This document shows positions 50,230-64,000 of a stretch of 64,000 bases of DNA, piece after piece. The notes below the pieces were generated by a model that made no database searches, was not told the origin of the DNA, and saw only the letters and a program-made list of their open reading frames with translations. Made by a program: the position numbers and the translations under genes. Every line of letters starts with the position of its first letter. The stretch's first letter is position 1. Origin of the DNA: Octopus vulgaris (taxonomy: Eukaryota); NCBI GenBank assembly GCA_951406725.2, contig OX597826.1, positions 77,500,001 to 77,564,000 on the forward strand, given 5' to 3'.

Positions 50230-50400
50230 ATGTGTATGTGTGTGTCCTTCCAAAATCGCTTGACAACCGATGCTGGTGTAGACCAATAGAATAAGTACTA
50301 GGCTTACAAAGAATAAGTCCTGGGGTTGATTTGCTCAACTAAAGCCGGTGCTCCAGAATGGCTGCAGTCAAAATGGCTGGAACAAGTAAAAGAATAAAGG
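49748..50400 (+). mobile_element. Tandem cluster of SINE family A (three heads, one tail)
   Basis: The block gtgtcttctactatagcc...ccaaagccttgtgagtg recurs at about 49760, 49875 and 50108. Confidence 0.8.
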
Positions 50401-52049
50401 AATAAGATACCCAATCACACCAAAACCAGACTCACTTTAACTCCTGGAACTGCTAAAAGATCCCATAACCACAGATTCACAGATTTGTGTGAATTTGGTC
50501 TAATTAAAATTTTAATTAATATTTTAATGAACAACTGCACTGCCACAGAAATGTATTGTGTGTGTGTGTGTGTGTTTAATATGAAAAAAAAAATATGTAA
50601 AATAAAGAGGGCTGATTGGCTTGACCCCAGTACATTACTGTAATGTCACCAATATTGGTTTCAAATTTTGGCACAGGGCCAGCAATCTTGGGGGAGGGGG
50701 TCAGTCGGTTACATTGACCCAAGTGTTTGACTGGTACTTATTTTATCAACTCTGAAAAAATGAAAGGCAAAGTCAACCTCCAAAATCAAAGAAAAATATC
50801 AGCTCTATGGGGTAGTTCTGGCTAGTAGTAGTAGTAGTAGTAACATCAGCAACAGTAGGAAGAAGAAGAAATAGAGAAGGAGGCCAAAGAGTGTGAGAGG
50901 ACCACGAAGAGGAAGTAAAAAGTGCCAACCAAAGTTAACAACATTAACAACACAGCCTCCTCCTCCTCCTCCATTGTCCCAGCTCCCACCCACCTCACTC
51001 TGGCCCCCAAGTCCCCATCCACAAAGCCATTCAGTGGAAACACCCCACCCCCCACCACTCATTCATTACTGCAATCTTTCTTCTGAACCCAAGGAGACGA
51101 TATCAAATGATATTAATTTTAAAAACAAAAAAAGAAACGAGCAAATAACCCCCCCTCACCACCCCTTCCACCATAAACAAACTGAATAAATAAATAAATA
51201 AATAAATAGATAAATAAATAAATAAATAAATACAAAGACAGCAAATGGAAATAAAAAGAAAAAAAAAAGATTGAAAAAGAAAAGACAAAGAAACTGCGAA
51301 AGATATTTTTTTTGGTATTTTAAATTCAGAAAAAGTTTTCTTTTTTTTTTAATTTGAATAAATATAAAGAATATAAAAAAAAATTATTAAAAAAAAATAT
51401 ACCCCCTTCCCTCCACCCCTTGCTATCCATTTTTTTGCTGTGATACATCATATCATTGCAGGAAGGGGAGGCACGGGGGGGGGGCACTTCCCCCCTCCCC
51501 TTAATTTTTATTCCAGTTATCAGTCTGATTCCATGTATTGATTAAGCCGACTGTCCAATTATAGAATTTTATTTCTAGAACTTGCCATTCAAATTAGCTT
51601 TAAATTTATTATTTTGCTGTTATTAATTATACTGTTGTTGTTGTTGTAGTGGTGGTGTTGGCGTTTGTTTTGTTTTTGCTTTTCGTTGTTTTATATTTAC
51701 ATTGATGATTTCTGGTTTTTTTTTTCTTTTTTTTTTAATGAAACCAAACCAAATCAAAGAAATTTGAGAACATTTATGAAAATCTTATCTAAAACAGAAC
51801 AGTAGGAGATAATATTAATTATAATGGTGTCATTATATAATCTTCAGCACAGTTGTTGCTGTCTGCACTAAGGATTAATAACAATAATAATAATAATCCT
51901 TTCTAATACAGGTACAGGACCTGAAATGTGAGGGTGGATTACATCAACTCCAGTGCTCAACTAGTCCTTATTTTGTCAACCCTGAAGGGATGCAAAAAAA
52001 ACTTAACTTCAGTAGCATTTGAACTCGGAATGTAAAGCCAGAAAAAATT

Positions 52050-52415
52050 TTGCTAACCAACCACATGGTTCCGGGTTCAGTCCCACTGCGTGGCATCTTG
52101 GGCAAGTGTCTTCTGCTATAGCCCCGGGCCGACCAATGCCTTGTGAGTGGATTTGGTAGATGGAAACTGAAAGAAGCCTGTCGTATATATGTATATATAT
52201 ATATGTATGTGTGTTTGTGTTTGTCCCCCAGCATTGCTTGACAACCGATGCTGGTGTGTTTACGTCCCCGTCACTTAGCGGTTCGGCAAAAGAGACCGAT
52301 AGAATAAGTACTGGGCTTACAAAGAATAAGTCCCGGGGTCAATTTGCTCGATTAAAGGCGGTGCTCCAGCATGGCCGCAGTCAAATGACTGAAACAAGTA
52401 AAAGAGTAAAAGAGT
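52050..52415 (+). mobile_element. SINE family A copy (well preserved)
   Basis: Matches the family consensus through the gtaaaagagtaaaagag tail. Confidence 0.85.
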
Positions 52416-52722
52416 ACTATGTTAACAATTCTGCAGTTTGTTGCAATAACAATAATGCTTTCTACTGAAGGCACAAAGCCTGAAATGTTGTAGGAAGGGA
52501 CTAGTTGATCACATCAACCCCAGTGTTTTACTGGTACTTAATCTATCAACCCTGAATGGATGAAAGGCAGAGCCAACCTTGGCAGAATTTGAACTTAGAA
52601 AGATGTAAAGACAAATGAAATACCACTAAGAATTTTGCCTGGCATAGGCAAAGTGGACCTCGTTGGAATTTGAACTCAGAATGTAAAGACAGTTACTGCT
52701 AAGTATTTCACCTGGCATGTGA

Positions 52723-53460
52723 AAGTATGTGGAACAAATAGGGGCTGCAATGACGGTGGAGCACTTGCAGAAAACAGCACTGCTTGGAACCACTCGAATA
52801 CTCCAGGAGGTGCCCGAAAAATAAGAGGTGTTACTTTAGTTCACTGGTAGTGAACAGCTGACACTGTGGTACATCTCCAGCATTAGAAGCTGTACAAAGG
52901 CAATAATAATAATAATAACAATAATAATAATAATAATAACAACAGCAACAATGGAATACTGGAGCTGCTGTCAGGCTCGAAGTGATCAAAAAGACAGCGC
53001 TGTTGGTTACAGCTCGCATTCTAAGGAGAGTATTGTCTCTTTGAGTCACAGGAGAAGGCATTACTTGAAACCTTTGGTGATTTGTTATTGCCTGCTTTCA
53101 AGTAAAGATCAACCACAAATAGAACAGTGAGAATCAAAATAATAATAATAATAATAATAATAATGATCAAGAAGGGAACCAAAAATTATATGAGAATGAT
53201 CCCTGGCTTACCATCCCTGCAAGAAGTGCAAAAGATTGTCTTAACTGGTACATCACACGTATTGAGAAGAGCATTGTCGATGTGAGAACTATTACTACCC
53301 ATGTATTTTAATTTAACTTTAAAAAAAAAAAAATGAACGAACTATTGAGTTTAATGGCCTACCAATGTATACTATGAGTTTCTTTGCCCTAGGAGTCGGG
53401 AAGACACTCGGCAAGAAATGGAAGCAAATTTGAAAGAAGAAAAAAAAAATAATAATAATA
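52723..53460 (+). mobile_element. Three tandem 5'-truncated R4/Dong-like non-LTR retrotransposon 3' ends in (AAT)n
   Basis: C-terminal peptides LQKTALLGTTRILQEV (52723-52824), IKKTALLVTARILRRVL (52958-53044) and VQKIVLTGTSHVLRRAL (53163-53285). Each is followed by a different UTR and by (AAT)n. Confidence 0.7.
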
Positions 53461-54263
53461 CAAAAACCCAAAAGAAAACAGCTCCCTTGCGTACAGTAAT
53501 AAAGAGATGGACTTTAAAACGGTAAAACGAAAAACGTCAGAAATATATTTGAAAGCAAAGGCATTTAGACTCTAGAGACTGACACTGAGACCAAGAAGGA
53601 ACTAGAACAAGAAGAATAAGTTTGGCAACAAAAGAAGAAGAAGAAGAAGAAGAAGAAGCTTTAAACTAAAACAAAAGAGGAATATCAAATAGAATAAAGC
53701 CAGGATGTGAAATTGAATAAATAAATTAGAAAATTTAAAAGTATGAATTGATCAAAACAAGATAGCCGCAGGCTGAAGCGAGGAAAATATACAAGTTTAG
53801 ATGGATGTAGATCAGGAGTAGTAGGGAGAGGAGGGGCGTGAATAGAGGTGGGAGTAGGGCAATGTACTTTAGTTCTGTGTGTGTGTTTGTATACATATGT
53901 GTGTGTATGTGTGTGCACATATGTATACGTAAACATACACATTTTTTTCTTCAAGCGGACACGACCAAGATGTGTTTCATCAAACCATGCCAAGAATCTT
54001 TGTTCCCTGTTAGCTTTGGCTTATCCTCAGCTTCATGTTGCATAGAGCTGCCAAATGTGACCGCGTGTGTATCATTGGCGATTTTTTTTCCTCCATCTTC
54101 CCTTCCTTGGATCTTTCCTTTTCCTATGTTTCTGACAAAGAGCTCCACTCGAAACGTTAAATCCTCCTTCTTTCCTTCTTTCCTGAGCGTCCAATAACAC
54201 TATACTTGTTCCACGTCCTCACGTTGTTGTGTTTTCTCTTTGTGTTTTCATGTTTGGATTAAC

Positions 54264-54294
<31 letters not shown>

Positions 54295-56003
54295 ATATAA
54301 ATATATCATCACCATCATTTAGATGGCATCAGTTAGATGATTTGACTGGGACAGGTATACCAGAAAGCTGTACCAACTTCCAGTCAGATTTGGCTTGGTT
54401 TCCACAACTTGATGGCCCTCCTCACACCAACCCCACCTTTTACGTGCCACCGCCACTGGCCACAACTACAATTTCATTCGGTTTGACATGTTTCCTAAAG
54501 CACAGCAAATTGCAATATTGTTATTGCTCCATGAGACTCAATATCCAAAGATCGTGTTTCGCAACCTCATCCTATGTCTTCCTGGGCCTACCTATTCCAC
54601 AGGTTCCCTCCACAGTTAGAAATCAAAGCTGTCCTTGCCCATGTGCAAGCTGTCCTCATATATACACAAGCTCATCCTACTGCTATCATACCATCCTGCA
54701 TTCTTCTTTTATTATTCATCCTCTTCTTCCTCTCTGCCACCTCCTTCTGTACTTTACTACAACTGCTGTTTAGAATAACACCTATGCAAATATTATAAAC
54801 AATACATTCAAAAGAGATATCTCAAGAATTCAATCACTACTACCATCTACAACAAGTCACTTTAAGGGCACTTGACCATTTAACATCCTAGTACTATCAT
54901 GGCACTCCCACATTCTTCTCCTCCTCCTCTCTACCTCCTCCTCCTTCTTCTTCCCTACCAAGAATTCACAACGACGTCAAACCCACAAGAGCAAACACGA
55001 GAGATAGAGACAGGCAGAAACAAGGAAAATGCCCCTAGTATTTGAATACTATGCAAATATTCTTTTAAGAAAACTTTTCTTTTAACTTTTCCAAAATTTA
55101 ATTGTTTTCCATACTTACTGTTGAAAAAGTCTCAATGACCAAAACCGGTACTGAAATGTTTTTTATAAAATTATTTTAGCATTTTCTACCTTGATGTTTT
55201 TTCCACATATATAGAGGTACAGATGTAGCTGTGTGATTAAGAAGTTTGCTTCCTGACCACTTGAATACTGCAATAAATATGTTTTTTCATGATGTATTTA
55301 CATTAGGTATGATACACAAATGACTGTTTTAATCTAATACTGCTTCTATACATTGCTTCATATAATGGAATTATATTCAGCTGGGAAGCTAATTGCACTT
55401 TTAAGTCATTATTTTCCCATATCAACATGTGATTGACAGGTGATTGACAGTGAGTACATGTTACTGACCAAAGCCCAATAAGGCAGAAGTAGTGCCTTGT
55501 TGGGGTCATCAGTGGCTGCTGAATGATTTTTATCTACCACTGATATATATTTTGCATTTTTAAACAGAGTATGTCAATAAGAAATATTATCTTTGGATGA
55601 ATATAGCAGTTAATTTGCTTTTGCTATTTCTTTTCTTTTTTGATATATTTACAATACAGAGCCAATTAAATATATACAGTTTGATTTTAAGCAATACCAT
55701 TGCTTAATTGTTCCCTTAAACATGGACAGCACAGATGAGATTTCCCAATATTGCCAGAGACCTACATGCTTCCATACAGATGTGGCAACGATGGGAAGCG
55801 TTTTGCAGCAGGTGTTCTGAGAGTCACCATCCATGTCGATGTGCTTTTATTCCATTATGAAACTTTGCGTTGACTATTTAGGCTTTTCCCCTACAACCAG
55901 CCATGATAGGGATGTTAAAAATCAAATGATACTGGCGCTTGAAGCTTTTTCAAGTGTGCAAAAGCTTAGCACAAGGCCAATTCCACTCTCTAAACAACTA
56001 GTG

Positions 56004-56061
<58 letters not shown>

Positions 56062-56339
56062 CATTGGCGTTAGGAAGGGCATCCAGCCGTAGAAACACTG
56101 CCAGATCTGACTGGGCCTGACGAAGCCTTCCAGCTTCACAGACCCCAGTTGACCCGTCCAACCCATGCTAGCATGGAAAGCGGACGCTAAACGATGATGA
56201 TGATGATGATGATGATACATATATACACATACATATATATACATATATATACACATATATATATATATATACACACACACACATATACACACACATATAC
56301 ACACACACACACACATATATACATGTATATGTATATATA

Positions 56340-57105
56340 TAGTATTTCACAGAAGTATGTACACACCTAAAAAATTTCAGTAAATTGCTATTACTCTGAT
56401 AATATTGAAGGAAATCAAACGAAATTTATACTGACTAAAATATATTATATATGCAAACATTATACAAATTTGGAACACAAAACAATAAATATTTTCAAAG
56501 ATATGAATGAAATATTAATTTTCAAACATTACAAAAATATGTACACCCTTATGGAAATTTGCTATATTCAATATTTTATCCACTTTTTTTTTTACTAAAT
56601 TCAGATATTGTTGATAATTTCAGTTCTAATAAAGTATTCCACCTGTCATTTTTGCACCGGTCATCGTTATTGCATCTGCAGGAATTCTTATTTGTGTACC
56701 GTGGTGAAAATCTTCATTGTGATTAAAATGGCACCAAAAGGAAAAGAATTGCCTGAAGATTTGAAGAAAATTATTTTTAATTTGCACAGGAATGGTTTAG
56801 GATACAAGTTAATTAGTAACCGAATACATGTTAACGTAAACACATTTGCCAAAGTAATTCAGAAGTACAAAGCTACCAGACAGCTAAGCAATAGACATCA
56901 TCCAGGTCATTCTATTTTAACTGCACGTGATATTCGTCACATCCAATGTTGCATGATGGATAACAGGTGTTGTACCGCTTCATCTTTGGCCCAAGAAGCG
57001 TCTTCAGTTAGTGGAAAGAATATATTCACCAAAACAGTTCACCGAAGTTTGAACTAGTGTGGTCTTCATGGACACATTCCTCGCAGGAAGCCTCTTTTTT
57101 GATTA
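56340..57105 (+). mobile_element. Tc1-family transposon, 5' portion (3'-truncated)
   Basis: ATG at about 56728: MAPKGKELPEDLKKIIFNLHRNGLGYKLIS...GLHGHIPRRKPL (Tc1 paired-like HTH and RKP motif). The motif aagtatgtacac is repeated at about 56354 and about 56538. Confidence 0.8.
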
Positions 57106-57239
57106 GACAAATACTCTGTTCAGATGGTATCTGAAGTATAGTTATATTTTACCCTGATGAAGCAACACTAGTAATTAACACCAAAATGCACATCAAGATG
57201 CTTAATTTGCAGCGTGCACTGGCTTGCAGAAGAATCACT

Positions 57240-57852
57240 TGTAGGTGCTGACATCAGCAATTTTGATTTCACTTGCCTCAACAGATCTTCGCAAGCAAAG
57301 ATTATTGTCCAACGAATGAAGGGTACTCATAAATGGGCTGGTTATACACCACTAGGCACTTAGCTTGTCGGGTCTTCCAAAATACAGCATATCTCCAAAG
57401 GTCTCGGTCACTAGTCATTGCCTTGGTGAGATCTAATGTTCGAAGGTAGTGCTTCACCACCTCATCCCAGGTCTTCCTGGGTCTACTTCTCCCACAGGTT
57501 CCCTCAACTGTTAGGGTGTGACACTTTTTCACACAACTGTCCTCATCCATTTGCAACACATGACCATACCAGCGCAGTCGTCTCTCTTGCACACCACATC
57601 TGATGCTTCTTAAGTCCAACTTTTTTTTCAGGGCACTTACACTCTGTCATGTATGCACACTGACATTACACATCCAGTGGAGCAAATTGGCTTCATTCCT
57701 TGCAAGTTTATGCATGTCCTCAGCAGTCACAGCCCATGTTTCACTGCCATGTAGCATGGCTGTTTGTACACATGCACCATACAGTCTACTTTTACTCTGA
57801 GTGAGAGGCCCTTTGTCACCAGCAGAGATAGGAGCTCTCTGAACTTTGCCCA
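57240..57852 (-). mobile_element. RTE-clade LINE 3' fragment
   Basis: RLYGACVQTAMLHGSETWA and RRLRWYGHVLQM...GRSRPRKTW, with frameshifts. A related decayed fragment lies at about 54470-54660. Confidence 0.85.
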
Positions 57853-58176
57853 GATATATATATATATATATATATATCCATACACAAGTGTGTGTGGGTG
57901 TGTGCAATGAAGACTAACAATGCAAACAGTATTAACACTGAATGGCAATCTTTATATCCTATTGCTGGAATGCTGAACACTTTGGTTTTCATCTTCCTAG
58001 AGAACCTCTCATATGGACGGCACACAATGCTGAGAATGAACATATATCATTAGCAGACAAGAATCATTTGGTATGGGTGCCAGAAAGGAAAGATCATGTG
58101 ATTTCAGCGTACTGTGCTTCATCAGTGACAGGTTCCCAATCGACACATACCAGCCAACTCTCACTGTCAATCATAA

Positions 58177-58390
58177 ACTCTTTTACTCTTTTACTTGTTT
58201 CAGTCATTTGACTGTGGCCATGCTGGAGCACCGCCTTTAGTTGAGCAAATCGACCCCAGGGCTTATTCTTTGTAAGCCTAGTACTTATTTTATCAGTCTC
58301 TCTTGCCGAACTGCTAAATGACGGGGACGTAAACACACCAGCATCGGCTGTCAAGCGATGTTGGAGGGACAAACACAGACACAAACATAT

Positions 58391-58451
<61 letters not shown>

Positions 58452-58615
58452 TGATGGGCTTCTTTCATTTTTCCACTATCAAATCCACTCACAAGGCTTT
58501 GGTCGGCCAGAGGTTATAGCAGAAGACACTTGGCCAAGGTGCCATGCAGTTGGACTGAACCCAGAACCATGTGGTTCGTAAGCAAGCTACTTACCATACA
58601 GTCACTCCTATGCCT
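58177..58615 (-). mobile_element. SINE family A copy
   Basis: Reverse complement of the family A consensus. Confidence 0.85.
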
Positions 58616-61029
58616 ATATAGAATAACAGTGACTTTTCACTAATTGATGTCAAAACTAACCTTCAGGTTTATCAAAAATTGAATGTTCGCATCCGAAGCA
58701 GTATTAATACTGAATCTCTGAGGAAGCAGAGTATTCTACATATTATTAGTAGAACAGTAGCAAGTGAAATGAAATGCCTTACCCGAGGATGGAACCCACA
58801 ATCTTAAGATCATTAGCTGAACACCTTAACCACTAGGCTACACAAACAGCTATTTTAATCTTGTTATTACAATAATGACAACATGTGTCTTCAGTAAATA
58901 AATGCATAACTTAGCAAACCCAGGATTTTAAGACATCACCTTTGTCTTCCAAATAACCTTTGTATATTGTTTGTTTATTTTTCTGTTAAAGTTTCACACT
59001 TGAATCAAACGGATGCCAGCAACAGATTCCGTTCAATTTGAGGGAATTTCAACACAAGTGGCAGAAGAAGCGAGTTTAAAATGCCACATGTTGGATAAAG
59101 TCAGATATTTCAATTTGTGGTTGTGATAGCAACTCTGACAGAAATATTGTCTGTGAAAATGAATTCATTCCAGAAATACAATGCAGTGGAAATCAAAATA
59201 TATTTCTCCTTGAAATGTTTTTGCGTTCCGTACTGAAATTGTGTCGGGTTCAAAAGTGATGCAACCGTTTGCAGTTCTGAGCAGATGTTGCAATGCAATT
59301 TATGACGGACTATTCATCCCCAAAAAATAAATAACAAAGAAGATGAATTACTGGCATAAAGGAAACATTACTGCTGTGTATGTTTGTGTATTTATCTGTG
59401 TGTCAATTGATTGCATTTTGTAGTTTTCTCCAAACAATTTGATAAATTCCTGTATTTTCTGCCATATTGCTTTTAAAATGTACCTGTTTTAGTTGTACAG
59501 AAATTCAATTGAAACTGCGTACAATTCAGGTTATATCTCAGCTGAATATTGTACAATAACTCGCTTTCATATGGTTACGTTTAAACCAAATTTAGATAAT
59601 TTTATGTTTCTCTCAGTTTATTTCTATTTACCTGTAATTAGAGTAAATTTGAGACCAAAATTCTACCTGATATTTTTGTAAGAACCCTTTGTTAAATCAT
59701 GTTCCTAACACCATTTTCATACACCAATAACCAAAAATGTTTGAGTTGCTTTACAAAATTAGTTGAAATTTGTAATTATTTTACAATTTAGTTAAAACGT
59801 TCATGGGATCTGCTTTATCTACAAATATCTAACAAAATACCTGAGCTTTGTTAGTAGGGTCAGTGAGATGAATGGACATATTTTCAGTTTTAGAGATTTT
59901 ATGATTGTGCTATTTTTTTATATATATTTCTTTTACAGCATCAGGCTGACCATTGCCTTGCAAGTGAATTTGGTAGAGAGAAACTATGAGGAAGCACATC
60001 AAATGTGTGTGTGTGCCTGCATGTGGTGTGTACCTGTGTGCATGTGGTGGGGAGAGGTGTGTGTGTGTGTGGTGATGGGGGAGGCATGTGTGTGTTTGCC
60101 CCCTCCCACCAAGCACTGCTTGATGACCAGAGTAGATTCATGTCTGCCTGCCCATAACTTAGCAGTTTGGCAAAAAGAGATTGATAGAATAAGTAGCAAA
60201 CTTTGAAGTCAGTACCGAGGTTGATTCGTTCAACAAAAACCTCTCAAGGCAGAGTCCCAGCATGGCCACAGACCAATGCGCGAAACAAGTAAAAGTTTTA
60301 AAAGACAAAGTGAATGCTAACACTGGAACGTGACCAAGGAACCCAAAGATCATCAGTTCAATACCCAGTTGAGTCGGCCAGTAGTGAAACCAAGAGCATC
60401 ATTATTAACTCTCTTTTAGTTCTACAAGACATTCAACATGAAGAATTCATGTTGCAGCAGCAATCATTCTCCATCAGGCAAAATATAAAAATGCTTTCAG
60501 ACTAACAGACTCAACCAGACAACACCAAACATCATAATCTTCAACTCTGGTTATAAATAATTTTACACTTATCTCTTTCTCTTCTATAGACATTGTATTC
60601 TAACTAATGGTTCCGCATATATTTATTTATTCCTATCAAATGTTTCTTCTTTGTATCTCATTTTTTTTTTGTTTTGTTTTGTTTTTTTATTGCATATTTA
60701 TAATACGTTTGTACTGATTGAAATATATATTTACAAGGTCACAATAACAGTCTGACCTAACAGAACGGATTCTATCATCCAAGAAGTCTCTCTTATTCTC
60801 CTTCAGTTAAACAGATCTGGAGTGTTGTAAGTTGCAAGCTGACCTCAATGATATTAATGTCATGAAAAAAAGCACCCACCACACAACGTAAAGTGGATGG
60901 CATTAGAAAGGGCCTCCAGCCATAGAAAGCATGACAGAACAGGCACTGGAGTGTGACTACAGTCTGCTGACTCACAAGATCCTGTCCAACCTTTCAAGCC
61001 ATACCATTATAAAAATACATCATCATCAC

Positions 61030-62540
61030 CCTTTGACCTACCTATGGTTGGTCGGAACTCCATTGATAATCCCTTTCCACATTACACAGTTCTGTAAAAA
61101 TACACAAACTGAGACCAGATTTAAAAATTTGGCTTATTTTCTCTAGTATTAACAGATCCTTCTAGAAAATCCCTTGGCTTCTATCTAATATATTCAAGCC
61201 ACTACTTGAAACCCTTCAAGGATATGTTGAAAAGTCCATCAAAGGCATAAACAAACTGAGAGATCTTAGAACAAATAACAACCCTTTTAGTTTAGACGCT
61301 GTTTTCCTACACACCTCTGTCCCTACAATCCCTTATTAACTATCAACTTACTAACTGAACACATTGCCCCCTCTCATAATCCTAACAGCTGTTGGCCCAT
61401 AGCACCAAATATCCACAAACTGTTAACGGCTATAATGGACAGACAACACCATCGTCCAGTTCAAGAGGTCCATTTACAAATAAATCTCTGAACTGCCAAA
61501 CTTGTTGAACTTGTCAGGCCAACTGGCCAACACTTATATGGACCAGTTAGAATCCAGGACACTCAACAAGGGTCACTCCAGTGCCAGTTTTGGCAAGTAT
61601 GTGGATGACATTCTCATGCTAATATCATCTCATGTGGAAGCTGTTAAAATACACAAAGTCATCATCATCATCGTTTAATATCCGCTTTCCATGCTACCAT
61701 GGGTTGGACGGTTCAACCGGGGTCTGGGAAGCCAGGAAGCTGCACCAGGCTCCAGTCTGATCTGGCAGTGCTTCTACAGCTGGATGCCCTTCCTAATGCC
61801 AACGACTCCGTGAGTGTAGTGAGTGCTTTTTACGTGCCACCGGCACAGGAGGCAGCGGAGGCAGGCAAACAGCCATGATTGGTCAGGTGGCACTGGCATC
61901 AGCCACATTTGGATGGTGCTTTTTACGTGCCACTGGCACGGGTATCATAACTACATGTTCAACAGTATTGATGAACATACAAAATTTGAAGTTGAGCATC
62001 CCAGTAACACTGGTTCCTTATTCCTGCTTGGTTTGTGATCCATAAGGAAGGATTGAATATACAACAACCACACATTGGACTTTCGATGAGGAGAGGAGCG
62101 TTAACAGAAAGCAGGCCCAAATAAAACAACACATTGCCTAGTTGCCAAATCAAAGATGAAAATATATGATAAAGTACCATCAGACAAGTACTTATGCAGA
62201 TTAAAGGACACCTCTAAACCAATGCTTCTTCTGTCAAAAGGAAAAACATACAGACATGCCATACCCAAGACATCCAGGTTTCCACTCATGCTGAAGAGAA
62301 AATCTTTAGTAACTTCAGGATAAAAGAAACTATTCTGATTACCAAGCACAGCCCACATGTTAATAACACATCTAAACTGCATGCAACTAATTGGATACTA
62401 TAGCAATGCCAAAAAACTTTCTCACACACATACACACACGACAGAACAAAGAAGTCACCTTTTCTCCAAAGATTTCCTAAAATACGGGTTCCAACCCTGA
62501 GATACTGGTATAACTGGCAAAAGAACAAAACATTGACCTG
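61030..62540 (+). mobile_element. Decayed Penelope-like reverse transcriptase remnant, interrupted by a SINE (61660-61955)
   Basis: KYVDDILML at about 61595 followed by KFEVEHPSNTGSLFLL, resembling the PLE FTxExE...LPFLD motif. Heavily frameshifted. Confidence 0.55.
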
Positions 62541-62576
62541 TATTATTCATTTTTTGTTTTGGCTTGAAAAATACAC

Positions 62577-62613
<37 letters not shown>

Positions 62614-62760
62614 CATGCATGTATATATGTGTGTGTGTGTGTGTGTGTGCACAGGGGCGCACACACATAGATATATATATATAAACACACATATATACAT
62701 ACCTGCGTGTGTGTATATATATATACACACACATACATACATACACATGTGCATGTGTGC

Positions 62761-62800
<40 letters not shown>

Positions 62801-62810
62801 ATATATATAG

Positions 62811-62842
<32 letters not shown>

Positions 62843-62847
62843 AATAT

Positions 62848-62884
<37 letters not shown>

Positions 62885-63207
62885 CGTGTGTGTGTGTATA
62901 GGTGTTTACATACATGCATATTTGTGTATATACGTTTTAATGTTAGTATGTAGACATGTATATATTGATTTATTCATGCAAACACACACCACACACACAC
63001 ATATATAATTACATATACATACTCATGTGTGTGTGTGTGTACATACTCATGTGTGTGTGTGTACATACAAACATACATACACACACACACACATACATAC
63101 ACACACGTACACTCACTTATAAATAGGCTGAAACACACAACAGAATATATCAATGGATTCACCTCATACATACATATGTATTGATGTTTACATACACACA
63201 CATGCAT

Positions 63208-63238
<31 letters not shown>

Positions 63239-63880
63239 CATTCTTCATTCCATCTCAAGTCACAGAAGCAGTAAATATACTGTTCGGTGCAATTACCTTA
63301 GAATTAATGAAAGCCAACAGCTTCCACCTATATTTGACCTGGTTACATTGCAGATCTTTGCCATACCTGTTACTAATCCACCATTAACCTCTTACAAAAT
63401 TCCAGAACATTCCTTCTCAATTTCTTCTTAACAATCCATATCCCCACCCCCACCCCCTTAACCCCCACCCTTCCGCCGCCCCAAATCCACCCACCTACTT
63501 TTAACATTCCTACTGCCACCGTTGTTAAGGTGTTTTTACACGGCTGTACTTAATTGTTATCAAATTAACAAAGAATCTTATGGAAATCAGTTCCAAATAT
63601 CTGATTCTTCTTTCCGCAACAACTCATTAACAACCCATCATTTCTTTACAAGATATTCCGAAGTTGTAATATGGATAAAGGGGAAACAAGAGAAATTCCT
63701 GGTTTTTCTTTTGTTTTTGTTTCGATAGTCTTTGATGTAACAACCAAACCATAAAGAAGGTTGAACTCAGAGCTGTTATTGTTATTAAAATATATGTGTG
63801 CATTTAAATATATATATATATATAAAATGCACGCATTTTTTTTCTCTCCTTGTTTCTCTCCGTGTTTCTTTTCTGTATAT

Positions 63881-63916
63881 CTTTCTGTTGAAGAGCGTAG
63901 GCTCGAAACGTAAAAG
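63881..63916 (+). ncRNA. Minimal hammerhead ribozyme motif (fourth family); related degenerate copies at 3053-3090 and 54129-54161
   Basis: CTTT-CTGTTGA-A-GAGC(gtag)GCTC-GAAAC-GTA-AAAG: stem I CTTT/AAAG, stem II GAGC/GCTC. Confidence 0.6.
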
Positions 63917-64000
63917 ACTTGTTTTATTTATATTCCTGAGCGCCATACTAATACAATTGTTTGTTTGTATTCCACCTGCCTTCATCTTTTGTTTATTTTC

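Overview
AT-rich, microsatellite- and SINE-saturated animal genomic DNA. The repeat landscape resembles a cephalopod (Octopus-like), but that is an inference. One host gene is recognisable: a minus-strand, multi-exon gene spanning at least 6464-42955, whose 5' exons were not found in the window. Eight exons with GT-AG boundaries splice in frame into about 338 aa. The product has the C-terminal half of one avidin domain, a basic linker, a complete second avidin domain with essentially all biotin-contact residues intact, and a C-terminal GPI-anchor-type signal. It looks like a natural tandem ('dual-chain'), membrane-tethered avidin. The introns and flanks hold several tRNA-derived SINE families, decayed mariner/Tc1 transposases, MITEs, and CR1/RTE/Tx1/R4/Penelope-like retroelement remnants. 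They also hold at least five families of minimal hammerhead-ribozyme motifs in Penelope-like inverted repeats. These include a palindromic, TSD-flanked element with a tRNA-like Pol III head and a hammerhead tail, and a TSD-flanked mosaic insertion apparently built by template switching. Almost all ORFs in the supplied track are microsatellite or repeat artefacts.
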